DNA of 64,000 nt from Stylophora pistillata. Its lineage: Eukaryota. A model generated the notes under the pieces. The model was not told the DNA's origin. It saw only the letters and a list, made by a program, of their open reading frames with translations, and did no database searches. The stretch covers positions 256,006-320,005 of the forward strand of contig NW_019218081.1 of NCBI RefSeq assembly GCF_002571385.2. The letters run 5' to 3'. Below are positions 11,496-29,083 of the stretch, piece by piece. Numbering within the stretch: the stretch's first letter is position 1; the number at the start of each line of letters is the position of its first letter. The position numbers were made by a program, and so were the translations under genes.

Positions 11496-11645
11496 GGGTA
11501 CAAATGAAAATAAAATTAACAAATGCGAGTTAAAGAACTCGCATTTGTAAATTTTATTTTCATTTGTACCCTTGATAATGGCGTCATGAAGTCGCCGAAA
11601 CGTCGGGATTTTACATCGTTCGTTTTTACCTGTCTATGTATTACT
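11496..11645 (+). ncRNA. Hairpin plus minimal type I hammerhead ribozyme-like motif (Penelope-type), downstream of the C20orf96-like stop
   Basis: Inverted repeat 11496-11571, then CCC-TTGATAA-T-GGCG...CGCC-GAAACGTC-GGG (11569-11607). Confidence 0.6.
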
Positions 11646-12610
11646 AAATCTTTGTTAATACGAAATCAGAATCTGTTCTTAACATTTGTGCACAAAGCTT
11701 TTCATCAGATTTTTGTGAAATGCTCTCCAGCATTTTGGCTTTTTTTTCTAGTCACCTTAAAACTGAATTCTTTCTCGAGAATAAAGACGGGCTTTGTAGT
11801 TAAAAGGACACTTCAAGCGAGGGTGACGTTACGGTCCTGTGTAAAGGGATTCTGTTGCATCCTCTGCACTAACTAAACTTAGTGTCCATCGTGGTGCGTA
11901 CATGTACTTGCTGTATATATATTAAGTTATTTACGATTGCTGTTAAAAATAACGTTAAACAGAGTCTTAATTGTCAAAATTTGATTATTTAAACTCGAAA
12001 TTTTTATTTAAATGTGGAAAAAATTTAAAAAAATGAAGGTAATAAAAACTTGAAGTTATTCTGAGCGAAATGGTGAGGGTGATTGGAAATGGCCTCTTTA
12101 TAGAGGCCCAACTATGGGGTGGGGTGTCCGGTATTGCTTGTCTCGGATGGAAAAAAGGGTAGGAAGATCCTTCGAGCCTTGCGTATTTATATCACGGTGG
12201 CCTATCAATTACTTATCGTTCTTGGCGTCTCTTGGTTTTTCAAATTAAAAAAGTATACCAAATGGCTGTTCTTTGTCCCGTCTCTTTACCTTGTCTACAG
12301 ACGTAAATGTCGAAATTTTTCCCATAAAGGGTTATCTTTTGTCGCGATTTTATTTTGTTTCATTCACCTTAGCAGGCCTACCTCATATCACTTAAGTATC
12401 TCACTACACGTATACACTTATCGTATAGCCAAGTGGAGTTGACATGACGTCAAACGCTGTCGAATCTGTAACAAGGGAATCGTGACCCTTTATTCGTGTG
12501 TTCTTAAATGAAGAAACTTTCTATCGATACCTACAAGACACTGCGCGCCACGAACGTCACTCTAGCTTTTCGCCATCTTGTCGGATTTTTGCCTCTGCAA
12601 GTTACTAATC

Positions 12611-15600
12611 ATGGCGAGCTTATTGAAAATGGGTGCTTTACCTCGAATCTATGCTAGAATTGCTTGCAGACCAATCCAGACGTCGGCTGCTCGAAAATAT
12701 TATCCAGTTCCAAAGATCAGACCAGAGTACGGATCTGAACTAGCCGCGCTGCAAGCCAAGGAAGAGGGTCCGTGGACTGAGCTTACAACACAGGAGAAAA
12801 TTGACCGTGAGTTCTCTCATTCAATAGTGCTTACTGCTACTACATAGTTTAGTTTTACTCAGAATAATTTGATATCATTTTACAGATTAGCAGCAGAGGT
12901 CTTAGCTTTTGACGATTTTAGTTCATCGTAACCTTAGTTTCGAGTGGATTTCGATTTGTACGTCATATTAATATTGATTCACTTGTTACACAGGAGGGTT
13001 AGATAGTAATGTGAGTGTGTTGACGGCATGTGATTATCTTCTCTGGCTGTAAAATGATTAAGAAATTCATTCGACAGGAGTTTACTCTACTGTGTTCCAG
13101 TATATATGTTTAATTGCTGTTGAATTGCGAATCATCGATCAATTGGGCGCTCGTGCATTAATAGAGAAATAGTTTGAAGGGACAACTCCAGCTCGCCTGA
13201 CAAAAAGCTGAATTATTACTTATAGTCCATAAATGATGATGTTATGGGGCAGTTGTGCTCAAAGTGCATAAATTTTTTATATTAGAGTGATTTAAAGGAA
13301 CTGAACAGCCACCTAGGCTCCAATTGGTCAAGAATGTACTGGCTTAACTGTACTTGTAAATCATATGAAAACATTAGCATTTGGATGTTGTTTTGTTTTT
13401 TAATAAAACTAAAATTCTGCACCTTTATTGGTTTTGTAGTGTACAACCTACTTGAGATGTTGAATGAGCATAAAAAAAACAAAATGTTTCATGAGTTGAA
13501 ATCTGTTGATTTTCAAGCTTCATACATGCTTTAAAGACATCCCTTCATGATAAGTGTTTCAGTAAAATCAAAGGAAATGTGACCCATTGCTTAAATGTGA
13601 ATAGATATATTTCATTGTCCACTCAATAACTATTTTACATTTCTTTTGCAGTTTTTAAGTTGTGAAAATTTGTGATAAGAAGGAAGGAACAGTATTTTTT
13701 TCTCAAAGATTTATATGTTCAGGGTTGGTACAGGTCATGGAAAACCTGGAAAGTCGTGGAATTTCAAAATTTCATTTTCCAGGTCTGAAAAGTCATGAAA
13801 TTTAGGTGTGGGTCATGGAAAGTCATGGAAAGTCAATATGCTCCCAATGAGTGAAAGGCAATAAGACCCCCCAAAGTTGAAAAGTTAACTGACAAGTCCA
13901 AAAATCAGATTTAATTTCATTAGAAATAAACAGAAGCATGCATTGTGAGAATGTTTGCAAACAGGTCATGGAATCTTTCAAAAGGTCGTGGAAAAAGTCA
14001 TGGAAAGTTGTGGAATTTTAACTGGTCAGAAGTGTACGAACCCTGATGTTTGCTCTTCCCTATTTCTAGTGTACAAAGCTCAGTTTCCTAAAACTATAGC
14101 AGAGGAAAAGACAGAAGAACCTTACGTAAAGAAGCTGGTTGGAATGCTCTCTATTTTGATGGCAGTTTCAGTTGGTCTGTTTGCATTTCTAAAGAAATAT
14201 GGTAAGGGCACTCTTTGTTACTGATTGTGTATTTTGATTTGTCACATAGATGAATAGCTTACCGTCACAGTATAGCACGCCATTTGTAGCAATATTCAAA
14301 AATTCTTTTATTCAACTATTCAACTGCAATTCATCCGTTCAATTCAACCCCAATTCAACAATTCAACACCCCCATTCAAGAATCTATTCAACTACTCAAC
14401 CCCAATTCAACTATTCAACCCCAATTCAACTATTCAACCCCATTCAATTATTTAATCCCAATTCAATCGCGCATTCAACCATTAACTGGCGGAATGGGGA
14501 ACCTGGGATGAAAGATGGCCGAGCTGGAGCCTGAAACCTAAGTTATCATAGAAAGGAAGATGGTGCCAGATGCACAGCAATTTGAGCTAACAGAGATACC
14601 TAGTTTTTTAAACCACGTCCTAAACAAGACAACTCAGTTATGTAAGATTCCTTTCGAGGTGGAACCATTGGAAAGGCATGCTGTAACACTTTACAAAACA
14701 ATCTCCTTGTTAAGAAAGCTGGAAGATTGTTTCCAGTTTGAAGATAATGAGAAACCACAGTTGCAAAAAATTACTTACGCTTTTGATGATATTTTACAAG
14801 GCTGGAACCATTTATTGTCTCGAGCTTCCATTACCACAAAAACTGTCGCTAACTTGGGCTCAAACAGACAAGCAATTATTCCTCCCCGCGGGAGGCCATC
14901 GTACAACATATCTTCTGACACACTTGAGAAACTTCTGCAAAGAACTTTGGGAAACCACAGGCAGCCCATCTTAGTGTGTATCTCTAGCCAACAAAATTTT
15001 TCGGTCTTTTGAATTCAATTTTGATTTAATTCTTTCATTGAACCTGTCTGAAGAAATACGTTACATTGCTATAAATGTCAATGGAAGGAATATTTACTGC
15101 GTACAATATTTCTAAGTTAACGTAACAGACGTCTTAGGACGTCTTCGTGTAGTTTTGCTAGGTTACTCAGTCCTGCAACCATCAGGTCTGAATGCGGGAT
15201 TGAATGGTTGAATGCAGGACTGAATAGTTGAATTGGGGTTGGATAGTTGAATAGATTCTTGAATGGTTGAATGCGGGTCTTGAATGGTTGAATTGGGGTT
15301 GAATTGAACAGTTGAAGGGTTGAAGGAAAGAATGATTGAATATTCCTACAAATGGCCAGCCATATCACGGTGAATGACATAACATTTTGGAAAACTGTAG
15401 TTTATTTCTGAAGCATATTTCTCATCCTCACTTTGATAGTGAATAGACAAATTTACTAAAAAAAGTTACCTACAAATAGCAAAAGAGTTGTCTTTTCATT
15501 TATACATGGATAAAACTCTTTGGTAAATGGTCCCCAAGGTTTATTATACTTTTATTTTCCTGTAATTTAACCTTCCTGGCCTCTACAACTGATTTAAAAA

Positions 15601-16133
15601 CAACAGATTTTATACCCTGAAGGAAGCCCACAAAGTATAATTTGTGTTTACATAAAGGAATTTGATGATTATCAGTATCACTGAGAGTAAGGTTTACGTG
15701 TATACCCACTACAGGGACTATGTTCACTTTTTCACGATACCAACCTAAGATACCTCATCAGAATGATCTGCCTTCAAATCATCAAAGTGCTTAGGCTTTG
15801 AATTTGTTTCTGTTAATAATGGCACAAGTTTCAATGCAGACCTGCTGAAAATACCTAATTGTTCATAGCAATTTTAAACCATTTGTATTACCTGTTTGAT
15901 ATCCCCCAGCAAAGTAAATCTTTATCCTAAAGTGTGTTGGTTTTGTCACATCATGCTGCACTTCCACTACATGTTAACAGTTTCCCTCACTATAACACTA
16001 TAATTTGTGTTTTTCACTAGTTGGTCCAGAGAGGCCTCGTACTCTAACAGTTGAATGGCAAGAGGATGCCAAAAAGATAGCAAGGCAGCGCAGGGCAAAC
16101 CCCATCACTGGTGTCAGTTCTGACCAGGCGTAA
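12611..16133 (+). CDS. COX4: Cytochrome c oxidase subunit 4 (exons 12611-12806, 14070-14201, 16021-16133; 146 aa)
   Basis: Presequence-like N-terminus, LQAKEEGPWTELTTQEKIDLYKAQFPKTIAEE, one TM helix, PRTLTVEWQ, ANPITGVSS. Confidence 0.9.
13720..14045. mobile_element. MITE with CAGGGTT termini and 5-bp TSD (hAT5-like)
   Basis: TIR CAGGGTTGGTACA / TGTACGAACCCTG; ATGTT on both flanks; internal GTCATGGAA repeats. Confidence 0.8.
14271..15364 (+). mobile_element. IS3EU-like DNA transposon deletion derivative in COX4 intron 2
   Basis: TAT...ATA termini, imperfect ~30-bp TIRs (GCCATTTGTAGsAATATTCAA), inverted ATTCAAC subterminal arrays, TSD TCACAG/TCACGG, and a 150-aa ORF (14560-15012) ending near RGRPSYNISSDTLEKLL. 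Confidence 0.7.
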
Positions 16134-17013
16134 TTGAAATTCATTGGTCTTTTGTTAGCCTGCTAGTGAATGTGAAAAGTTCTCAGATTTTGGAATATGG
16201 TCTTTTTTTGTGTGCTAATTACAGTGTAATGTAAATAAAAAGACAGTAAAACACCTCTTACTTTTAACTGTTTGTGTTTTAGTCCTTTCAAAACTTAGTA
16301 TAACTTGAACTAAGATCATTCTTCAAATTTTTATTTTTACCATAATTGAAAAATTATGAGATGCCATAGCAAGCAAATACCCATGCTGAAATAACGAACC
16401 ATCTATCCCTTTTTTGGTGGTGAATCATAAAAATCATTCATTAATTAGTTCATCTTTTGTTATTTTTTCTTCCTTTTTGTTAAGGCATAAAGTTAATTAT
16501 GATAACTGCAATTACAAGTTGTTGTATAGTACCATCTAACCAGTTTTGGCTGAAAATACCCTTCTTGTTGTGTATACTTTTGTCCACCTTTGTCCATGGA
16601 GAGTGATAGGTCACTTCCCCAAGCGTCAGAGAGTGATTCTCCAGAGGCAATTTATGAAAATCATAATTAGCAGTTAAACAATGAAAGTTATTATTGAACT
16701 TGGTCATGGTAAAAGAACATAATTTGTAACTGTCTTGAAGTTCAATATTAATTACTGGATTGCTTACTTCTGACAAATCCTAGTATTTGCTCAACTTTGA
16801 TAAGTGATCACCAATATTTCACCCAGTTTCAACTCAAAACTTCCCCCACCTTCCTAAGATCTGATATTGCATTCATCTCTCTGGTTGCTACAAATTTCCT
16901 CATAAATAAGCTACAAAAATTTGATGTTAGGTCATGATAACAACTTTTGCCTGTGAAGTTAGAGTGTTCTCATTACCTGTTTGCTGAAAAATGTATGAAC
17001 ATTATAGGGATAA

Positions 17014-17484
17014 CAGGGTTGCCACTCATTAGAACCCAAAAAATTCCCTGACTTTTCACTGACCTCAAAACTTTTTTCACTGACCTTGAATTAAATTAAT
17101 TATCAAACAGGCCAAATCCACTTTTACATTTCTCCATTGCTTTTAAGCTTTCTATCCAATTTGCTACACTCAATCAAATACTTCACAAACCTTTGTGGAA
17201 CCCTCAAAACAAAATTCCCTGACTTTTCACTGACCTCAAAACTTTTTTCACTGACCTTGAATTAAATTAATTATCAAACAGGCCAAATCCACTTTTACAT
17301 TTCTCGGTTGCTTTTAAGCTTTCTATCCAATTTGCTACACTCGATCAAATACTTCACAAACCTTTGTGGAACCCTCAAAACAAAATTCCCTGACTTTTCA
17401 CTGACTTTGACGAGAACTAAGATTTTCCCTGACCTAGAAAAATTTTTGTTTTTCCCTGACTTTTCCCTGACCATGGCAACCCTG
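17014..17484. mobile_element. MITE with CAGGGTTGCCA TIRs, 5-bp TSD and internal ~170-bp tandem duplication
   Basis: CAGGGTTGCCA...TGGCAACCCTG; GATAA on both flanks; segment ~17040-17210 repeated at ~17211-17400. Confidence 0.85.
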
Positions 17485-17880
17485 GATAAGTTAAATGTTA
17501 ATCACTTCTGAGGGTTAAATGATTCGGTGACTTACAAATCTCTTGATAACTATGAACAGCTTTTCCCAACTATGACAGTTCCATCAAATGATTCTGCACA
17601 GGCAGATGCAAATAATTCATTTTTTAACTCAAAGTACTCAAGGAAAACAATGCACCAGGTAGGTTTAAAAAAAAGATGATTTTCAGGAACTACAATCCAC
17701 AACACCACAATGGATTATAAATAAACTTTGATTCTTCAATCAAACATTTACAATTTTCATGAAGGAAATGTATCTAGGATCTTCTCATCATAGATGTAAA
17801 GACAGGAACAAAGTTAAGATCACATTAAGAGAGGTTAAATGTACACTTTAGAGACTGATTCCTAAATTGCAACAAGTGTA

Positions 17881-23010
<5,130 letters not shown>

Positions 23011-23468
23011 CTAATTTTCTCATCACCCCTCCCTACTACGTATTAAAATCTTTTTCTATAAGTATACTGTAGCTTCTAGATCTGGCAGATAGTATCTAAT
23101 TATCTTGAATAAAGTAAGATTATATCAATATGATGATGTTTTACAATTTCTGGTTTTAAATTGGAGAAGGGTTTTTTTTTCTATGTCGTGTTCGATTATT
23201 ATCATCCCTCTCCACTTCGGACACTTATCATTATCCCAGGCCCAGTCTCTCACAAGTACGTCATTTCACGAACGAATGTGTATTCCATTATTCCACAAAC
23301 ACACTCCCGGACAAGAAGGAAAGTGATTCAGTTACGTGGTGGCTAGGAGCAATTCTTAATTTCCTGTGCTGTAACAACAACAGGGATTGAGGAGAATGCT
23401 ACTTTCATAACGCTTTTAATTTACGGACGATAACAAGTAAAAGTAAACAACAGTGGCCAATAAAAGTC

Positions 23469-26400
23469 ATGGATCCATTTCGTGTTAAACTGTTGTCCCT
23501 CTCAAACGGAATTACTGATCGAGAGTTCGTCGACTTGAAGTTTATGTGCAAGCAGCACATTCCTGTTGGAGTTTTGGAGAGACTCAAAAGGCCACTAGAG
23601 TTGTTTGATGAACTTGAAAACAGAAACTTGCTGAATGCGGATAACAAGGAATTTCTGGCCGCCATATTAGGCGGAATCAATCGCTTGGAACTGAGAGATG
23701 ACTTATTGGGTAGGAATTTATAGGATCGACACATTAGTGTAGCTTCTATTCACAACAAAATTATTTACCTTACGTATTCTCCTCTAAGAAAGTATTGATA
23801 CCAACTGCAGTTTGCGATTTGCGCTCCTTCCCTAGTTCAATGTCGTAACGTCGTACTAAACAAAAAGGAACATTGAGAAGGGGCAAAAGAAGGGGGGTTT
23901 GGAATAGTGGCATTAGAGATGAAATAATGATACCATTCCAGAATACCGTAATATCCATGGAAGTGCGTCAATTTCGTGGGCCTCTTTAGAATATAGAGAA
24001 TCTTTCCTTCTTCATACTTTGGGTGACATGGTTCATGCCATTACATCTCTGGCTGTGGTCCAAGAATTTGACCTGAATTCCCCATACCTTTTGCATTTAT
24101 TAGCATAGGCAGATCTGAGATTTAAGTTATCCAGAGGCAGCTGTTTTTGATATGATATTGACATTATTGATATAATAATGTTGGTTACAGGTCAAGCTAG
24201 TGGAAGTAATGTTTCATCTCCACTGAGTACATTTCAAGAGTCTGTATGTGACCTATACAAGAATGTAATTGGATGGCTACAGCCTCTTGCATGGAATAAG
24301 TCATTTCATATTCACATCAAACACATCTATACCAATCTGCAGATGATCACAGAGACTCATCAAGGGAGAACCATAAAGAAAGAGCCCTTGAACTCCTATG
24401 TTGAGGTCTTCAGAAGGCACTCCCCTTTCACCAAGCAGAAACGCATTCTTATTGAAGGACAAGCTGGTGTAGGAAAGAGTACATTTTTGTCACTGATAGT
24501 GTATGACTGGGCTTCTGGAAATCCTAATTTACAGCAATTCCAGCTTATCCTTTTCATGGAACTGAAGCAGATGAAAGGGAATCTGAAGAGTGACATTTTT
24601 GAATTGCTCTTTCCAAGAGATTTTCCATATTCGGCTGATTATCTCTTCCAGTATATCTCTGCCAACCAAGAAAATGTTCTTTTCATTTTAGATGGTTATG
24701 ATGAAGTCAATCCTTCCCAACTAAAGGATATGGAAGATCTCATTATGGGCAAGATATTTAGAAATGCCACTGTTGTTGTGACATCAAGGCCTGGTAAAGG
24801 TTCTCGTGTGCACTGGTTTATGGATTCTCGGATTGAGATAACTGGTTTCACAAGCGAGAACATTCATGAATTTGTTCTCAAGTACTTTCAAGATGATGTA
24901 CCGATGGCTGAGAGTTTAATGGCGCAACTTGAAATGCATCCTGTTGCTGAGAACATCGCCAGAATTCCTCTCACAGCAATGCTCATCTGTGCGATGTGGG
25001 AAGAGATGCCTCAAGCAGCGCTGCTTTCATCAATGACATCTCTTTTCACTGAACTCACTCTTTTGCTTGTAAAGAGATATTATGCAAGACAAACTGGTGA
25101 GAACAGCATTGATCCTGGAAACCTCTCCACCCTGGAAGATATTCCAGAGGACCTCTTCCAGAGTCTGTTATCACTGGGAGAGATTTCACTCAACGGATTG
25201 CTGAATGATCAGTTACTTTTTGATGTTCAGGAGCTTGAGAAAAAGTGTACTTACAAAGGTGTTTTAGACATTGGCTTCCTCTCAAAGGAGTTGGGAGCTT
25301 CAAGGCTTAAACCTGTTGAGAAGTGCCGGTTTTCACACAGATCTTATCAAGAATTCCTAGCAGCGCTGTGGTTGAGCAACAAGATCAAGCAGGCTTTCAT
25401 TGACAGATCTGTCTTTGATTTTGTCAGTGTTTACATCATGAACTGCGTGTCCTCAGGGTTAGATACTGTTCTCTTTCTTTTCACACCTGGGCTGTTAGGA
25501 GATGCTTTTCCGCCTGTTCTGGAGCTTCTTTTGCTGGAAGGTGCTGCTGAAGTTGAAGAAGATGAAAGCCTAATGCAGTCATTCTTTGAAGTTTGTATTT
25601 CCTCCTTGTATGAATCAAACCAGGGACACTTGGCCTATAAACTTGGGTCACAAATGCCCCCAGGTGTGGCAGCACTACATCATTTAAATGCCACCCCATA
25701 CAAAGTTAGGGCTCTGGTTTACTTTCTGTTGAACATCCAAACAGTGCAGTCCCTACTGATAGAGCACAGTCAAGTTGGAAAGCAAGCTCTTCAAGTACTT
25801 GCCAGGTTCCTTCCTGAAATGGTATCAGTCCAAGAGGTAAACCTAAAGTCAAACATGATCACTGATGGAAGTTTGATTGCCTTTACAAAATCACTCTCCT
25901 GTGTACCTCATCTGGTAAGGTTCTCACTTGCAAGCAATTGCATAACAGATCATGGCTTGGGGTTTCTTATCTCAGCCTTCAAAGATCTTCCAAATTTAGA
26001 ACACATGGATCTCCAAGGCAACAAGATCTCTGAAACAGGCTTTGGATTGGTAGCTCCAGCACTGTCACTCTTGCCAAAACTGAAAGACCTGCGGCTTGGT
26101 TGTCCAGTGGTATCTGGGACAGAAGAAATACCAAAAGGTTCAGTGTGGGTATTTCTATTTACATATAAGTGTTTTAGTGCTTTCAAGCTGTTTATACTCT
26201 GTTTTCACTCTCAAAATCATGCTGCCAATCTCAGGAACATTCAAATCACTCAGGGCTTTTTGAAGCAAGAATATTAGAGCCAAAATTGATATGAACAGCT
26301 TTGCCAGATTAAGTTTGCCACTAGTTTTGCAGTTGTGGCTGGAATAGGGTGTGGTTGAAAGGAATGATTTTGGGAAGTTGAGTCAGCATTTTACCCATTT

Positions 26401-26995
26401 TGGTTAAGAAAAGTCCATGATAATTGAAAATTTAAAAAAAAATTGAAGCATATAGTAATGTGTTACATGTCTTTTTTCAGGTGAAGAAAGGAGTTCACTT
26501 AAAGCATTGACTGAGACGGTGTTTAACTCGCTGATGGAGGCTGTCCATTCTCATGCAACTTTAAAAGAAGTCAAGTGAGTGCTTCATGCTTCTTTAAACT
26601 AGTTTTTCAGTGGAGGGGGGGAGAGGGGTGAGCCGAGAGAGGAGAGTGGTAGGCCCATAGCAAACAAAATGGGTTTCATATCAAATATGTCATATGTTAA
26701 GGTGTAAGTAAGAATTTGAAAGCAGATATAAAGGGTAAAACTGTTGTCTGTTTTAGCAAGGAATCTTCTTGTGATGTTTCCTTCTTGGAGTATTTTGGTT
26801 TACACACGAGTTCTGTTATGTTATTAATAGTAATTTTGATATCACACACACATTTTTAAAAAGTGTGAATAAAGGACTTTTGTTAGCTAATAGGTTATGT
26901 AACATTAATGATTTTTTTCTTTCCATAGTCTGGGCACTAAAGCACTTCCACTGGGGCTGGACCCCTCAAAATTTGACAGGCTCAAAGTATCCTGA
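23469..26995 (+). CDS. NLR immune receptor, DED-NACHT-LRR (exons 23469-23709, 24191-26137, 26481-26574, 26929-26995)
   Basis: FADD-like DED (DLKFMCKQHIP, LELFDELENRNLL, RLELRDDL); Walker A GQAGVGKS; Walker B LFILDGYDE; VTSRP; WHD FSHRSYQEFLAA; RI-like LRRs (LKSNMITD, LASNCITD, LQGNKISE); phase-compatible GT-AG introns. Confidence 0.9.
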
Positions 26996-29083
26996 ATTAT
27001 TTTTGAAGAAATCTTTAATAAGTTTAGCTCTACTGTCAAGCTGACATGAAAAACAAATTTATCTAAACATGCAGATGATTTTTCATGTCAGTGATTCTGT
27101 AGGGCATGTATATGAAACAAAGATGAAGTGACTGCCCCTCATTCAAACTAGTAATTGCTGATTCTTTTTTAATATCTGCACTGAATTCAGATGAATGGGT
27201 GGAAAACTTTTAATTGATTATTTCCTTAGGTTGCAGAACAAATGTACTTTTTTATAAGGCAAATGGAGGCAAGTACAAGTGATGCACAAGGGGGAGGAGG
27301 GTGATAAATATTATTATTTTTCACACTACTCCCTTCATGCAAAACTTGTACTTCATGTTTGCCTCTTGCTTGCCTTTGTTTGCCAGAAAAACACACAAAG
27401 AAAGAAAGGATTGACAATAACCTTTTCTGCAGGCTAATACTATTTTTAAATGTATTCGGAACTTAAAATTGAATGAATTTCATAACTATAATTGGAATTT
27501 TATTAATTGTGTTGTACAAACAATAAATTGACATGGACAATGATTAAATTGAAGTTGCCCGACTGTGTCTAAAAAATTTTGAATGAATTCTTTTGTACTC
27601 TAGGAATAGTTATTGTAGAATTGTTATAAACCGCATCTGAGAATAAAGCATCCATAGCTTTCTGGTTTACTCAATAAAATCATCAGCTCATTAAGTACTT
27701 CCGTTTGATTAGTTATGGACAACAATTGCACTCTCTTCAGCTTTCGTTGTGCAACTTACTTTGTCAGGGATATTCATCAAGCTTCCTATGCAAATTTGCG
27801 ACAACTGAAGAATATACTTAGACACTTATTCCCTTTCCAATTTTGTTCAGATTTGTTATATTGGTCGTGCAGTTTGGGATAATTGGTTATGAAAAAGAAA
27901 AATGATGAAAGAAAAATTAAGCTGAGAAGTCAATACCTGTCTGTCCTCTAATAAATTATTGGAAAGAATGGAACGAATGCGTATTCCTACTAAATCATCA
28001 ATAATAGAAGCTTGTCTTTGACAAAAATCCTCTCTTCTGAAAAATTTTCAGGCGTGAAAGTGCGTTTATCCTTACTTCTACCGGAATAGCTGGGGCCATC
28101 CAGGCAGATTAGGGGTGTGCAATGTAGGCTTGGGTTGTGTTTGCATGGTTTCGTTCTGGGATTGTTCAGTAAATCCCGAGACACAATAGTAACCAAACCA
28201 ATGTCAAACAATTAAGTCCTGACTTGAAAGCAGTTTTCAATCATTGGCTCTCAAAGGTATTTTCTTCTTTCTGATTGTTGTTTGTGATAATGTTGGTTTT
28301 TGTTCAACAACACTCGATCGAACAGTAGTTTATTTAACAATTATTCTATGAGCCCGCGTTGGATTTGAGATGATTGATAGCCAACGAGGTGCGTAGCGCC
28401 AAGTTGGCTATAATCATCTCATATCAAGCGCGAGTGGAATAATTGTTTTATTAAAAAAAAAAAAAACGCCTCCAAAATATTAGGCAAATCTTCTCTACTT
28501 TATTTTGTAAGAAGAAACCGGATGTTACAATGTACAGATATTAGATTATGGTATATTGGCTCATATACTATAATAGCTAAGCGAATAAAACGTCTTGAAT
28601 TGCATTATCCGATGATCCAGTTTTTAATAATACCTGTATTCAAATTAAGGTTGCACGGTTTTTCTATAGAATGTCTTTGGCTTCATGTAATTCATCCGTT
28701 TTACTACACTGTTTGAATTATGCCGATTTCATTATTTTAGTTTTTGTTTCGTTAACGGGTCTTTCTCGAATTTCAATCTTATCGCCATCCAATCTTCCTC
28801 CGTCTTCGAGCAACAGGGACTGGGAACTGACTCGCTGAAAGAAGGTGAAGTCCTTCATTTCATCTAATGGAGTTGTTAGGTAACGCAGCGATTCAGGTCA
28901 ATGGAAATGTTAATAGACAAGGGTACAAAGAAAATGATTAAAGAAAAGAATTAAAAGGAATTAAGGCACAAAGATCGCCTTGTACCTCAACTTTTTAATT
29001 AGAATTTTGCCAAAAACAAACAGACAATTCTGCAAAAAGCGTAATGAACATTTTTATGACGGCAGTTAATTAAATTAAGGCTG

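Noticed and set aside
11453-11700. SECIS element explaining the TGA at 4274
   Set aside because: The hairpin is a near-perfect AT-rich inverted repeat without the AUGA/GA quartet geometry; a Penelope-type terminus explains it better.
24178-26277. Stand-alone 699-aa NACHT-LRR ORF
   Set aside because: Both ends run into introns; the splice sites link it to the DED exon and two 3' exons.
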